A stretch of DNA of 62,622 bases, the filler included, from Choristocarpus tenellus KU-1152 (Eukaryota > Protista > Phaeophyceae), in assembly GCA_964200185.2 (NCBI GenBank). It is 9 parts of 9 records of this genome, joined end to end, with 100 filler letters (N's around TTAATTAATTAA, not from the genome) between each part and the next. Parts side by side here need not be neighbours in the genome. Positions count along the whole stretch, not along the records: positions 25,174 to 28,468 come from CAXNAD020020971.1; positions 28,569 to 45,347 come from CAXNAD020000774.1; 7 more parts are not named here. The stretch is one strand, 5' to 3'. The position numbers and the translations under genes were made by a program. Of this stretch, positions 26,666 to 37,890 are shown one piece after another. Numbering within the stretch: position 1 is the first letter of the stretch; each line of letters starts with the position of its first letter. A model generated the notes under the pieces. It searched no databases. It was given only the letters and a program-made list of their open reading frames with translations, and was not told where the DNA came from.

Positions 26666-27611
26666 TTATTATTATACATTTCCGTCATTTCTGAATTGAA
26701 GTAAAAGGACAGTCTCTGTTCAGCATGAAATGGAAAAAAATCGTGGGTGATAAAAAATATCTCACTGGGAAGGCGTTTCTCACAGCTAATCAGGTACGTA
26801 TAGCAGACTTAGGGTTAGGGTGAGATATTGATAAAAAAATTAGAGTAACTGCACAATGGTTTTCTACAAAACCCCAACAAAAATGAATAAAATGTAAGTA
26901 TGGCAACACAATCCCTGGTTTAGAGCCAGTCTAGTATACCCCTGAAAGACTGTTGAAACTAGCGCTGAAAAGAGGAGGCACACTTCCATCCCTATCCCTA
27001 TTATTATTATTAGCACCTCTCTAGTGATACTAATGGAGTGACAAAAAAATCGAAAAAATAAAATACAAAATGATACGCTTCAAAAGTAGTGAAACACATC
27101 AAACCCCTAACCCTAACCCTGTATCTGCACAGTACATTAATAAGTATATTAATAACAATAAAATAATTTCTAGTACAGTTGAGGGGGTTAGGGTTAGGAC
27201 CACAATATATCGGATAGAAGTTAACATTTCCAACAGCATACACACCTACATAGATTAGTAATAGAACAATTCCATGATCTTTTCAAAAACAACTCATTTA
27301 TGAAAAAAAAACACATACACACAGAGGACTAAGATGGTACAAATCAGATCCAGGTAGCAATATCTCCCTTTCCCCACCTAACTTCAACTTCAACTTCAAC
27401 TTCAACTAGAGTGTGTTCCTCTTTGTAAACTTCACTAGGACAACTTAACGAAACTGTCATACTGACCACTAGGAATACAACAGCTACTATTTCAATACCA
27501 CTAGAGATAGGGATAGAGCAAAAGTAGTGAGGAAAAATGAAGTAACGAACCGACCTGCAGACATTCCCTCAAGTCCTTCACACAGCTTTCCACTTCCTCA
27601 ACACTTTCCCC
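25174..27611 (-). CDS. hypothetical protein, internal exons
   Basis: Exon 27555-27611 (GESVEEVESCVKDLRECLQ, AG/GT bounded) spliced in phase 0 to exon <25174-25341 (MTSAMETQDGLETITQDIANI..); truncated by linkers. Confidence 0.55.
26544..26675. repeat. (TAC)n/(TAT)n microsatellite
   Basis: Direct inspection. Confidence 0.95.
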
Positions 27612-27689
27612 CTGAAGGGCATGAAATGGGAGGTAGGGTATGTAGCATGGTAAAGCATAGCATGGGGAAATGCAGGATAGCACAGTGAA

Positions 27690-27955
27690 ATACAACAAAA
27701 CATAATACATTGTAACATAACATAATGAACACAATAAACATAACACCGTGAACACAACACATTCAACACAATAAACATAAATTAATGAAACAACATGCGC
27801 AACACAACATAATAAACATAACACAATGAAACAATACACACGCAACACAACAAATAAACGTAACACAATGAAAACAACATACACAACACAACACAACAGA
27901 ATAAACATAACATAATGAACACAGCATACGCAACGCAGCACAATAAACACAACAG
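27690..27955. repeat. degenerate pentamer repeat (AACAC/AACAT)
   Basis: Direct inspection; intronic. Confidence 0.8.
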
Positions 27956-28195
27956 AGCAAAATGTTGCATCAAAGCGATAAAAATACTCCCAACAGCATA
28001 TGTTGAAAGACCCAACTGACAAAAACAAAAGCAGTCTACATAACCTACATAACCTACAAAATCTCAAAAAAAGATGCTTAACACGTTACCCAGAACATTA
28101 TGCCAAGAGGAAGGAGGAGTATGGACACCATACCACACCATACCACATTACCCCATTCTCCTACTCCTACTCCTACTCCTACCTGCCTGTACACA

Positions 28196-28243
28196 ACACA
28201 TCCATTTCCATCACGGAAACATTTGTGATGGAAATGGATGTGT
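28196..28243. other. perfect 19-bp inverted repeat with 10-nt loop
   Basis: ACACATCCATTTCCATCAC-GGAAACATTT-GTGATGGAAATGGATGTGT. Confidence 0.9.
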
Positions 28244-29198
28244 ACCGAGGACACTCACTCCACTGTCATCTCACACACAAGACAAAGAAAAGAAACTCTC
28301 CCTACACTCTGTACGTACCACACCACAACAAGGTACACCTTTATTTAGCACCAAGTGACAACAACACACAATGCACTACACCACCATTCTAGAAAAAAAA
28401 TAAAGTCAGTAGCAGGCCACTAACTAATCTGTACAATTATGAACAGTCGGGGGGGGGGGGGGGGGGGGNNNNNNNNNNNNNNNNNNNNNNNNNNNNNNNN
28501 NNNNNNNNNNNNTTAATTAATTAANNNNNNNNNNNNNNNNNNNNNNNNNNNNNNNNNNNNNNNNNNNNCACCATCCTCAATTTTGAGAAAGACCTGTTAG
28601 CTACCAGTGAAGTAAGAAATCGAAACAGGTGTCAAGGTAATATGCTACTACGGCAAGTATTCCTACTACACTATCATGTTGTGCATTGTGGATTTTAGAA
28701 TATAGAGAGTGACAAATATGTGCATATCCGTATGAAGCTTAATATTTATGCAGTTCAACGTTCTTAGAACACTATAAATTTGCTTCTTAATCCGAATACT
28801 TGACCAAGGGGATCACTATTGAAGTGTGAATACCATCAATCAAACTTGAGCTTATTGTCCATCAGTTGCATTCTCAATTCTTAGCTAGTTGAGCGGATGA
28901 ACACATATGGTATGTGCTACAATGTTTAACCTATCATGACAACTGCCTATATACATACGTATGTCAGGCCACTGGTCCATCCTTCCATGACCCAATCTCC
29001 TCTCCGCACGAAAATGGGATCAACTGAAAAATATGGGATGCAACTTGTTTTGTCATAGTATGTTTTCCTGTACTGGGTAGAAACAATTGATCATAAATTA
29101 TGTATACATATAATACATCACACACTCTTCATTATATAGCCATCTCCAACATTTCATCAAGTGGCTGAGCGAAAAGAGGTAACTCTATGTTTGAATTG

Positions 29199-29376
29199 GA
29201 CCCAAAGTATCTGGGGAGGAGAGGGTTCTACACCGGGGTGTCCATTTAGGTCATAACCAGGAAAAGTGCACTTATATTATCCATCCGACGCATGCAACCA
29301 AATCACCCAAAAATCGTGACATGAAAATTGGTCCCAAATGGACAGCCACCACCCCACCCCCCAGATACTTTGAGCC
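29199..29376 (+). mobile_element. MITE family B copy (~180 bp)
   Basis: GACCCAAAGTATCTGGGG...CCCCAGATACTTTGAGCC; homologous to 36759-36937 and 59320-59660. Confidence 0.88.
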
Positions 29377-29416
29377 TTTGCAAGCAGTACAAGAGAATCA
29401 GAAATGAAATCATGAT

Positions 29417-29679
29417 GAGTGAAAAATTATCTTAGAGGGTAGAGCCACGTCTGTTTGGGGGCCAAAACCCAATGTTGCAACTTTGATGTCATTTTGACTA
29501 TCGTGTTTTTGTTAGGAAGTGTCAATACCCTTGTTCTGGACACACCTTTTCATAACATAAATATTTTAACTATTCCGAAACATTTCGGAGTAGGAAAATG
29601 TTATAAAAACATCAATGAGGAGCCAAGTCCCAAACGGACAAACAGGGCAAAACTCGTACCCTCTAAGATACTTTCACTC
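29417..29679 (+). mobile_element. MITE family A copy
   Basis: Full internal homology; both ends are of the GAGTGAAA/TTTCACTC type. Confidence 0.88.
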
Positions 29680-31140
29680 TGACAAGAGATTATAGAGATC
29701 AATAGGAAATTGAACACTCACTACCGATGAGTAGAGAACAGTCTGTATGTCACATTGAGGTGATAGTTCGACTCTTATCTTTTGTTATCCACAACAACTC
29801 CATCATCATGTAGTCATCTCTACGATTTATATATTGTGCAGTATGGTACTCCCAAATACAGTTGCTGTAGCTACTGTAGTACTAAAAAACATGAGTTTTC
29901 AAGCGTTACGGTATTGTTTGGATTATGGACTTCAAAGACCGAAAGGAGGAGTCTATTTCACCCTCCTTACACTATACTACCACATGTGTATCAGTATGCA
30001 TGCATAGCAACATAGTTCGTACGTAGGTCAGTTTTCGACGCATCATCTTAACTTCAACATAAGCTCCCTCTCGTGCAAAGATGCAAGGAGTTGCGCCATG
30101 CTCCCTCCTTTCCTCCCCTGTCTGACGTACAAATGGTCCAGCCCTTCCCAGATAGGTCCATTTTTTAGGGCAATCAATGTGCTTGAAAACGAGAAAGCTA
30201 CTAAATATATACCACATATGTTGTTGAAACAACCAACCCTATATAAACCCACTTCAAAAACAAGACAAGAAAGATACCTCGATTTATGGAGGTACGTTTA
30301 TTGGCCTATGTACTGAGTCGAAACTCAACATCCATATCCATCTTCTATCTGATTATTCACAACCACAAGAGCGGTAGCAATCCTTCAACTCCCACCTTCA
30401 ACCTCTCCACCCAACTTTATTAACTGGATTTGTCCTGGTATATGTTTTCTCATTTTTCTAACGCCTTTTAGCGATGTTGCACCCACTTCCGTGTGGTGAG
30501 CCAACCATATCTAGTTTTGTTTTTCATTTCAACTATTTAGAGTTACACTTGGAACTGTTCCAACACTAACACTATTATCATGAAGGTGGTGGAGAAGCAA
30601 AAAATAGAAAAATTACATGAGTCAGCTAAGCGCCTCCTGCCCACCAACCTTGGGTAGTCTACTGCTTGAAACTCATCATATGATCATACGTCTGGAGATT
30701 GCGATTTGCGCAGTTACTGACACAAATCTGTTCCAGGTGCCTTTTTTAATACTGCTCCCTTCCAACTACAGTGCTCCTCCCTATCACCCGCAACAGGAGT
30801 CATCGTTCATAGAGAAATTGATGTCTGTGTGGGTATATATACTCCAGAACATGTGCTGTAAACGAAGGCTTTAGTGTCATATCTATACGTGTAAATTACT
30901 AACAATAGTAGTAGTACTACTAAAAGAAAAAATAATTGTTTCAATACTGTAAAGAACACGAATTCTTCAATCTACTAAAAAGACGCCTCCCATGGTGCAC
31001 AACTTGAAGGTGATAATTTTGAACTGGCTTTATGACTTGAAGAATCGTCGTTGTTGGTTGTTCAGTCATCCTCTCCTCTCACTTCGATTCCATCTGCGAC
31101 TCGATCCTGTGTTCCTACCTTACAGTACACGTTTATTGCG

Positions 31141-33217
31141 ATGGATAATGAGAGATTCAAGCTCCTGCGAAGGAATAGCCTTCGCAATGAGGTACTAACT
31201 CTAGATTGTGTTATGACCATCATGAAGGATGAATGACATTATTGATGAATAATCGACCCGCCTAATCTTGAAGCGATCTTAACCCACACTCGCTTCCGCA
31301 CTCAATCCAGGTCGATGGCTCTTTCGAAGAGTTAGAGGAGTTCGAGGACCGGAACGAGGTTACGAGTGAGTCCTACTGAGGAGGAATTTTCAACCAGACT
31401 TGACCAATATATCCAATACCCAGATACAATTCGACTGGGTTGACATTTCATGCCCTCAATATCGCAGCATAGTCGCTGTGGAAGCACCTTGGGTATCCCC
31501 ACTATAGCAGCACCTTTCCGAATCTCACATTGGTTGGGGCTACGCTTATAGTTGCTGGTTGTGCATTCCTCTTCTGGTCGAGTTATTATAGGTATCGTGG
31601 TATCTTTATATCTACGTTGCCGGAGACATCATTTTGCGCTATTTGTTGCTATATAGGCAAGAATCCACCACCTTGGTGAGGTTACAACATATCAGAACCC
31701 CTAGTGTCACCTTATTTGAATCCCCTCACCCGATCTAGTCCCTCTTGACCTACGTTTGTACTTTTGTCCCTCGCGCCATAAACAGATACCGTAACGCACT
31801 CCGAGTGCCTGATGCTGTCACGGGTGCTCTCTGAAAAGAGCATGCTCCCCCCTGTGTGTCGAGCACCCCCATCGGTACGCAACATATCCAACCAGATGGT
31901 GGTCAAGCCGTCTCAGTCGAGTTTGATCCGACGTCTCTCCGGGGGCATCCCTGGTGCTTTCAACACGATTGATGTGAGCCCTGCATCGTCGAAGAAAGGT
32001 AGGTGCTCCTCTGCGCCCCCCAAATGTTGCCCTTCTTGACCCGATAACTGCTTACGATTGTCTCACAAGTCTGCTTACTATTCCTTCGTATGATCCTCAT
32101 GTGGACATGATCAGTCCTTAGATCTCTGGAGTGTTCAAATGTTCCACATCATTTTGGTGTAGGTGCTGGTCCTCAGTGAGCTCTGGGCTTGTTCCTGTGC
32201 TATAGAGCAAAGCACCTATCTCTGTTTCACAAGTGTGTATCCTCCCGGAATCGATGTTGATACACAATGTAGTCGCCACGAAGACTTAAGTCAGATATGC
32301 TCCAACTCCAAAGTTAGGCTTCATTTCTAGCTCTGAAATATACCCTTGAAGAAGGTGATTCGTTTCACGCTGACTTACTTGCAATTTATATTGTAGCTTC
32401 GAATCACGACAGTTAGCTAAACGGTAAATTATAGTTTTTTGTGCTCCCCCCCTCCCTAAAAACCCTCTAATATGTAGGCATCAGATTTCGAAGAAGTAAC
32501 CCCACTCTGTTGGCTAGTGAAACTATTTCAAGCTGTACATCCTACGTACAGGCAGATGCGATTCAGCCTATGCATGAAGAGGTTATTTTCAACTCTGCAC
32601 TTATGATGATAATGCAATGCGTGTTTCTATACAGATTTCTGTAGAACCTGCTGAGGATATTGAGATACGATTATGCCTATCCAGTGTATTCCTCTTGGAT
32701 TGTTTATTAAACACCTCAAGTTGTGTAGCAATATGCACCGCCGAGTGCGTATCTTGGGTTAGGGAGAGGTATATGGATCATGTATCCGTTTCTGCCTTTA
32801 AGTGAGAAGTCTTGTCAAAGGTTGTCAGAATTTGTAATTAGGCACAGCTTTACCGACCTATCATCTTGGCTTCCTGACGTCCTTCTCCTGTTGTGCCTCA
32901 AGTCACTCTTACAACACATATTTGCCATTTTATTGGTCAATGTCACTGATGGTTCATTTCAATGCTGCTTCGCTCTTTGGCTCAACACAGAGCTTGGAGG
33001 GGTTGTTTCTACAGAGGAGTGCCAAACTCTAGCTGATTATCTCACCCCATCTGTAGGAGGCCTGTATCTTCTACCTGGAGCGTGCTCAGCTATGCTCAAA
33101 GCAGACGAAGCCAGACTAGCAGAGCAATTTGAGAAGGAGAACGCCAAGGTTTATGATCGTCTCAAGCGTCGTAATTCCATGGTGGAGCAACAGGGTTACC
33201 CGCCCACCATGTGTTAA
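31141..33217 (+). CDS. hypothetical protein (~230 aa, multi-exon, several RRxS motifs)
   Basis: Phase-compatible GT-AG exons 31141-31191, 31311-31365, 31786-31998, 32478-32581, (32635-~32683, uncertain), 32991-33217: MDNERFKLLRRNSLRNE..TVTHSECLMLSRVL..VVSTEECQTLADYL..DRLKRRNSMVEQQGYPPTMC*. Confidence 0.65.
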
Positions 33218-34699
33218 ATGACACAATGTCAAGTGTGTAGTTGCAGCACAATGGTAGCAGCAAAGTAGGTATGTGCGTCATCATGGTCGTCTTGTGTGGA
33301 TAGATATGCAGTAGTCACCTTTGTACAAGCTATATGTTTCATTCTATGTCCCCCAATCGTATCATACACCGTGGATACTTCCAACTGCTAATCTGACTAT
33401 GCACGTCAGATGAAGGCGTGTGTATGCAAGGCAAGTTGCGGTTGGAAACAAAGGGTATACCTGCCTGGATTTTGGATCGGTGTTTTATCCCACGTCCCCT
33501 GCCCTGCTTCGTGGTGGCCCTTCTGCACAATGATAACATGCCTAACACGTTGTGAGGTTACCTGTTGTTGTTGTTTTGCTCATAGGGTTGTCCGTATGTT
33601 GCCAGGCATTCAATGAAATTGTGAGTCATGTATTAGATTACCCACAAATTGCTTCCTCTGTGAATTGCTGTTCAAGGTCCAAAAACGTGTGTTCCATATT
33701 TCTATCCATGTCATTGCAGTAGTACATACTTCCTTATAAATTGAGGTTTATATATGGGACGCTTCCCTGTGAGTTGCTCAAGATGAAAACACGATGCATT
33801 GGGGGGAGTTGAACGTGAAGCAAGGGTTGGATCGAAATTATTTGAGTTTTGTGAATTTTAAGAGGAGCTGTTCTTTCGGACAGTATTTGTAGTCGGTTTC
33901 AATCCGCCCACTGTGTTTGTGTAGATTATGTGGCTTTTTACTAGAGGATAGTTCTAAGTTACCTAGTAATCACTTTCAGTATATGGTCGTTTTAAGAATA
34001 CAATACTACAACACATTTAGAAAGATGCTGTGAATGCTTTGTGCTGGCAACTTTGAGAGTTCGTAAGTATCAAGCAAGACTACTGCTCAAGCAAAATATA
34101 TATTTTTTTCAACTACACATTTTTGAGAGTGCTGACTTCATGGTAGAGTAGGAGAGAGTAGTAATTCATGCCTCACCGAGCCACTACTAAGGCAGAGGAA
34201 TGTGAAATATCTGGATTTTGTCTACGGAGAGTTAACAGTTGTCTTGAAATTTGTACCACTGGAGACTGTCCCAATCCTACCAGACGAGATATTGTATGAG
34301 CCGTTCTGAAGCGAAACAAACGAAAGGAAAAAAATGTCATCAAACAAAAAGGTAACCGAAACGTAGTAACTGAAATAATTAAAGCTTGTGCTATTGTTTC
34401 ATCCCTGCCCGGTGTCTTCGGCTTGCATATTATTTTCATTGAAATGATTATGATTGTTGATATTAGTTTTGTTATGACTAGTGACAATCTCGATGTCGCT
34501 ACCATCGAAAAATAGATTTAAAAGAGGTCTCAACAAAGTCAACGAAAGAACGATAGTATCCCCTCTATCCCATAAGTCTGTATCGTTCAGGTATTTGTGA
34601 GTAACTTTTTCAAATATGAGATTCAGAAACTATAAAATAAAATCGTTCGATAGGTAGCAACATTGGCTTGCGCATAGATATCTTCAAAGTATTTTTTCA

Positions 34700-35778
34700 G
34701 ATCGAAATGGTTGAAACTGTCCTCTGAACACAAACTTTTTTTTAAATGGCAGATACAGCAAAAGCAGGAAAACTAAAAAAAAAAAATGGCTGGAAATGAT
34801 GGTTATTCGTCCAGAACTTCTCAATGAGATCTCCAATGAGGTAGTTGCATTATATTCCCTTGGGGACTGAAACTAACTTACTGACGCTCTTCCAGTCAAG
34901 CCCGGTCCTACTCCGTGCACGAACACCTTCATGGCCCTAAACTTCCTCCACCTAAACCTCAGACTACCCTTGTCTACATCCTAGCCATAGGCTTTCTTAA
35001 GGCGGGCTTGTATATATTCAGTATGAAAGTACGGCCATGCAAGGTAGATCCACTGCTCCCAATAACTCTCCAACTTAAGTACCTAACAACTTGATCTTTC
35101 AACCTCGTGATTTGAAGCAAAAATGACGATTTCTGTATTTCGGGCGCTTGATTTTTAAAAAGATTTCTTTTTCTCGATTGTTCCATGTTCAAAGGCGACC
35201 CCAACAAAGTGGGAAAGGTTTAGTGGTGAAATTATGAATGCGGAGAAACGTATTGGATGGATCTTGCTCCAGTACTCAAATTAGCCTTGGACCACCACAG
35301 CGGTATATGGTGGTAAATGAGCACGGGATGCGATCGGTACCATGACAGCACAATAATTGCAATTTGGAACTAGAAGATCCTGGTCACTACATTAAGCGTG
35401 TCTACTGAATCAGATGATACAGAGCTGCGTGGAGAGGTTTGATGAAGTCTTCAGCGACTATTGCCTTTGAACTTATTTGGAGTACTCAGGTTCTGTTTGC
35501 CAATGTCATTGTCAAACTTTCAGCTTTCGTTTGTGTGGTCTACAACAACGACCTCAACATCGACTCTCCTGAACGTACAGTCTGGAACCAAAACGTTGCT
35601 CTCAATATCAAGACTCAACCATGGGTTTGCTGCAATCAGCTAAACAGTTTGACCACAATTATCCTCATCAACCATTTAAACTTGTAACTGGGCCAGGACC
35701 CTGTTAGGTCCGGGTGTGGGCCAGTTAACTGGGTCTGCCTGTGGTCTGGTCCTATTGCATTTGTTCGTGAAGACCCTG
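34700..35778 (+). mobile_element. possible decayed hAT-type DNA transposon (3' part)
   Basis: Stop-riddled coding-like sequence, then GGCC/GGTCC-rich subterminal repeats (35690-35752) ending AGACCCTG (reverse complement CAGGGTCT, hAT-like terminus). Confidence 0.25.
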
Positions 35779-35996
35779 ACTAAACCGCGTTAAAAGATCC
35801 ACGTTTTATAATGGATCGACAGATGGTAGCTCTCCCACACAAAATTTATATAAACGAGGATTATTCTGTTACTCGTTGTACAAAGAGTTTATATTTGTCT
35901 TTACAGTATGGAGAACTCGAACCTTAATTCACAAGTGCACATAAAAATGAGATTGTATTGCATCACACGTTACACGCACAATTCGCTAAGAAAAAC

Positions 35997-36082
35997 CGGT
36001 CCTGGGGAGGATTGAACTCACGACATCTCGACTAACAGTCGCACGCTCTAACCAGTTGGTTAGAGCTACCTATGGCCAGACC
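35997..36082 (-). tRNA. trnN: tRNA-Asn(GTT)-like gene, probably a pseudogene (insertions in acceptor/D region)
   Basis: - strand GGTCTGG[CCATAGG]TAGCTC[TAACC]AACTGGTTAGAGCGTGCGACTGTTAGTCGAGATGTCGTGAGTTCAATCCTCCCCAGGACCG followed by a T5 Pol III terminator; anticodon at 36034-36036; A and B boxes recognisable. Confidence 0.75.
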
Positions 36083-36758
36083 AGATTTCTGATATAGATA
36101 CTCAAATTAATGTAATTACTAAATGCTTATTCTTTACCAACGTCAAGACCTTCGTATTATGTATAGTATTGCATCCATTGATTACTAGACTTTAGTTTGA
36201 TGCATCATACGTGGTGCTCAAACACATCCATACGAGGCGTCATCGCCAAAAAAAATAGGATGCAATATATTCGAACCCATGGTAATAAAGAAGGGAGCAG
36301 ACAAAAACATTATGACCAAGACCAGAGAATACTCTACCCTGACCCATATTCCAAAGCCCAATGTGGTGTTAACCCCCACCAGGAGGCTGTGACTGTAGAA
36401 GAGGAGAAAAGCGCTTGTCCATACTTGCGTGAATCACTCTCCATACTACTAGGAGCACATACACGAGAAGGTAGTTAGAGGCCCACAGAGGCCCATTACA
36501 CTCAATGGCACTCCCAACTGGGATAAACTCTCAACTGTGATAATATATATTATGACTCACCTAGAAGTAGTTTCTTATGTGTTTGGTAACTGGGACCACT
36601 TTCGCATTGTGACCTACTAATTGATCGCGTGCGAGATATCTGTGGGTTGTTTGGCTCCCTCCTCCACATACCCTTTACCATTGGTTTGGGTCTTCCACAG
36701 TTTAACCCTGCATTTCAGCCGCGATGTTAAATATTCCAGGTCATCTTGAACTTTATAT

Positions 36759-36937
36759 GACCCAAAGTATCTGGGAGGGGGGGGGGGGGTCTACAGCATG
36801 GTGTCCAGTAGGGTCAAAATCAGGAAAAGTGCACTTACAGTAACCTTCCGACGTATGCAATCAAATCACCCAAAAATCGCGACATGAAAAAATTGATCCC
36901 AAATGGACAACCGCCACCCCCTCAGATACTTTGAGCC
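36759..36937 (+). mobile_element. MITE family B copy
   Basis: TIRs GACCCAAAGTATCTGG / CAGATACTTTGAGCC; sits at the 3' end of the LINE remnant. Confidence 0.88.
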
Positions 36938-36939
36938 AT

Positions 36940-37890
36940 ATAACAGTTTTTCTCTGGTCTTCTCATCTTCCCCTTCAGCTCTCAGGTTCAGGTTCTTCCC
37001 CAAACATCAAGTTCTTGGGCAATCAGGCATTCTCCACGCCCTCCATCAAACCCCCAAACAGCAGCTTCCATTTACATATCTCCTAGATAATCTCACATGC
37101 AGTTCTCACTAGTGCGTCCCTGGATGACAAGGGGTGATTTGAAATTTTCCATTTATGGAAACCGATGCATCACTTGAGGAACTCGCAGTGCTGGATATGA
37201 AGCTGGGATTAGTGGTCTGTCCCGAGAGTTTTAGCCATACACTCATGCAGCAGAACCTCAAGTGGTTCGGACTTGAGCACCTGAATCTCCTGCCCAGTGA
37301 TACGCCAACTGCTCATTCATATATTTATTTAGTTCTTCATAAAGCGCCCGTAATATATGCTTGAGCCTCCAAGATAGATTGACTTGTCAGTCTGCTTGTG
37401 CCTTTGCCCTGCAGCTTCAATCTGCGTTTCCTCACGTAGCTAATTGGGGACCTGGAGGCGTATGGTCTCTGTCTTCTTCAATGTGGCTAGTCCAAGTTCC
37501 TAGCACAACATCATGATCATGGTCATTGCCTTGGTCAGGATGGTCCAAAGGAGGTTGTTGTCAACAGTCACGAGTCACCTGCTCTCTACAGGTTCAATTG
37601 AGTACATGTACGATGTGCAAGGGGGCATTCTTTGCTTGTCCGATGTCTAGCAAGACATGACCCACAAACATCATGCCAATAATGGTGGAGTGCCTTGACC
37701 GGAATCCACATTGCTCCTCAGACAGTATATCCTCTCGTTCGATGTAGTCCCCCAGTGTCGTGCAACAACTTTGAGGGACGCTTTAGCGCCAAACTAAATA
37801 AGGGGTACCCAGGTTTTGACCTTACTGCTTTTCAAGCATGTGTTTCAATCTTTTGCAATTCACCCACATTTCATTTCTATGGATGAAGTT
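36940..37890 (-). mobile_element. decayed RTE-like LINE (non-LTR retrotransposon) RT/C-terminal region with internal deletion
   Basis: Fragmented translation DYIEREDILSEEQCGFRSRHST..MMFV..LLWTIL..[RT core missing]..EAAGQRHKQTDKSIYLGG..VLKSEPLEVLLHEC..CIGF..LS.RDAL.RTACE..LMFG. Confidence 0.75.

Noticed and set aside
26397-26699. poly-Tyr ORF
   Set aside because: (TAC)n microsatellite
27501-28067. Cys/Val-rich 188-aa ORF
   Set aside because: Mostly intronic pentamer repeat; only 27555-27611 behaves as an exon
36052-36075. tRNA insertions as non-canonical (BHB) introns
   Set aside because: 5 and 7 nt are too short, no bulge-helix-bulge is evident, and other stems are also damaged
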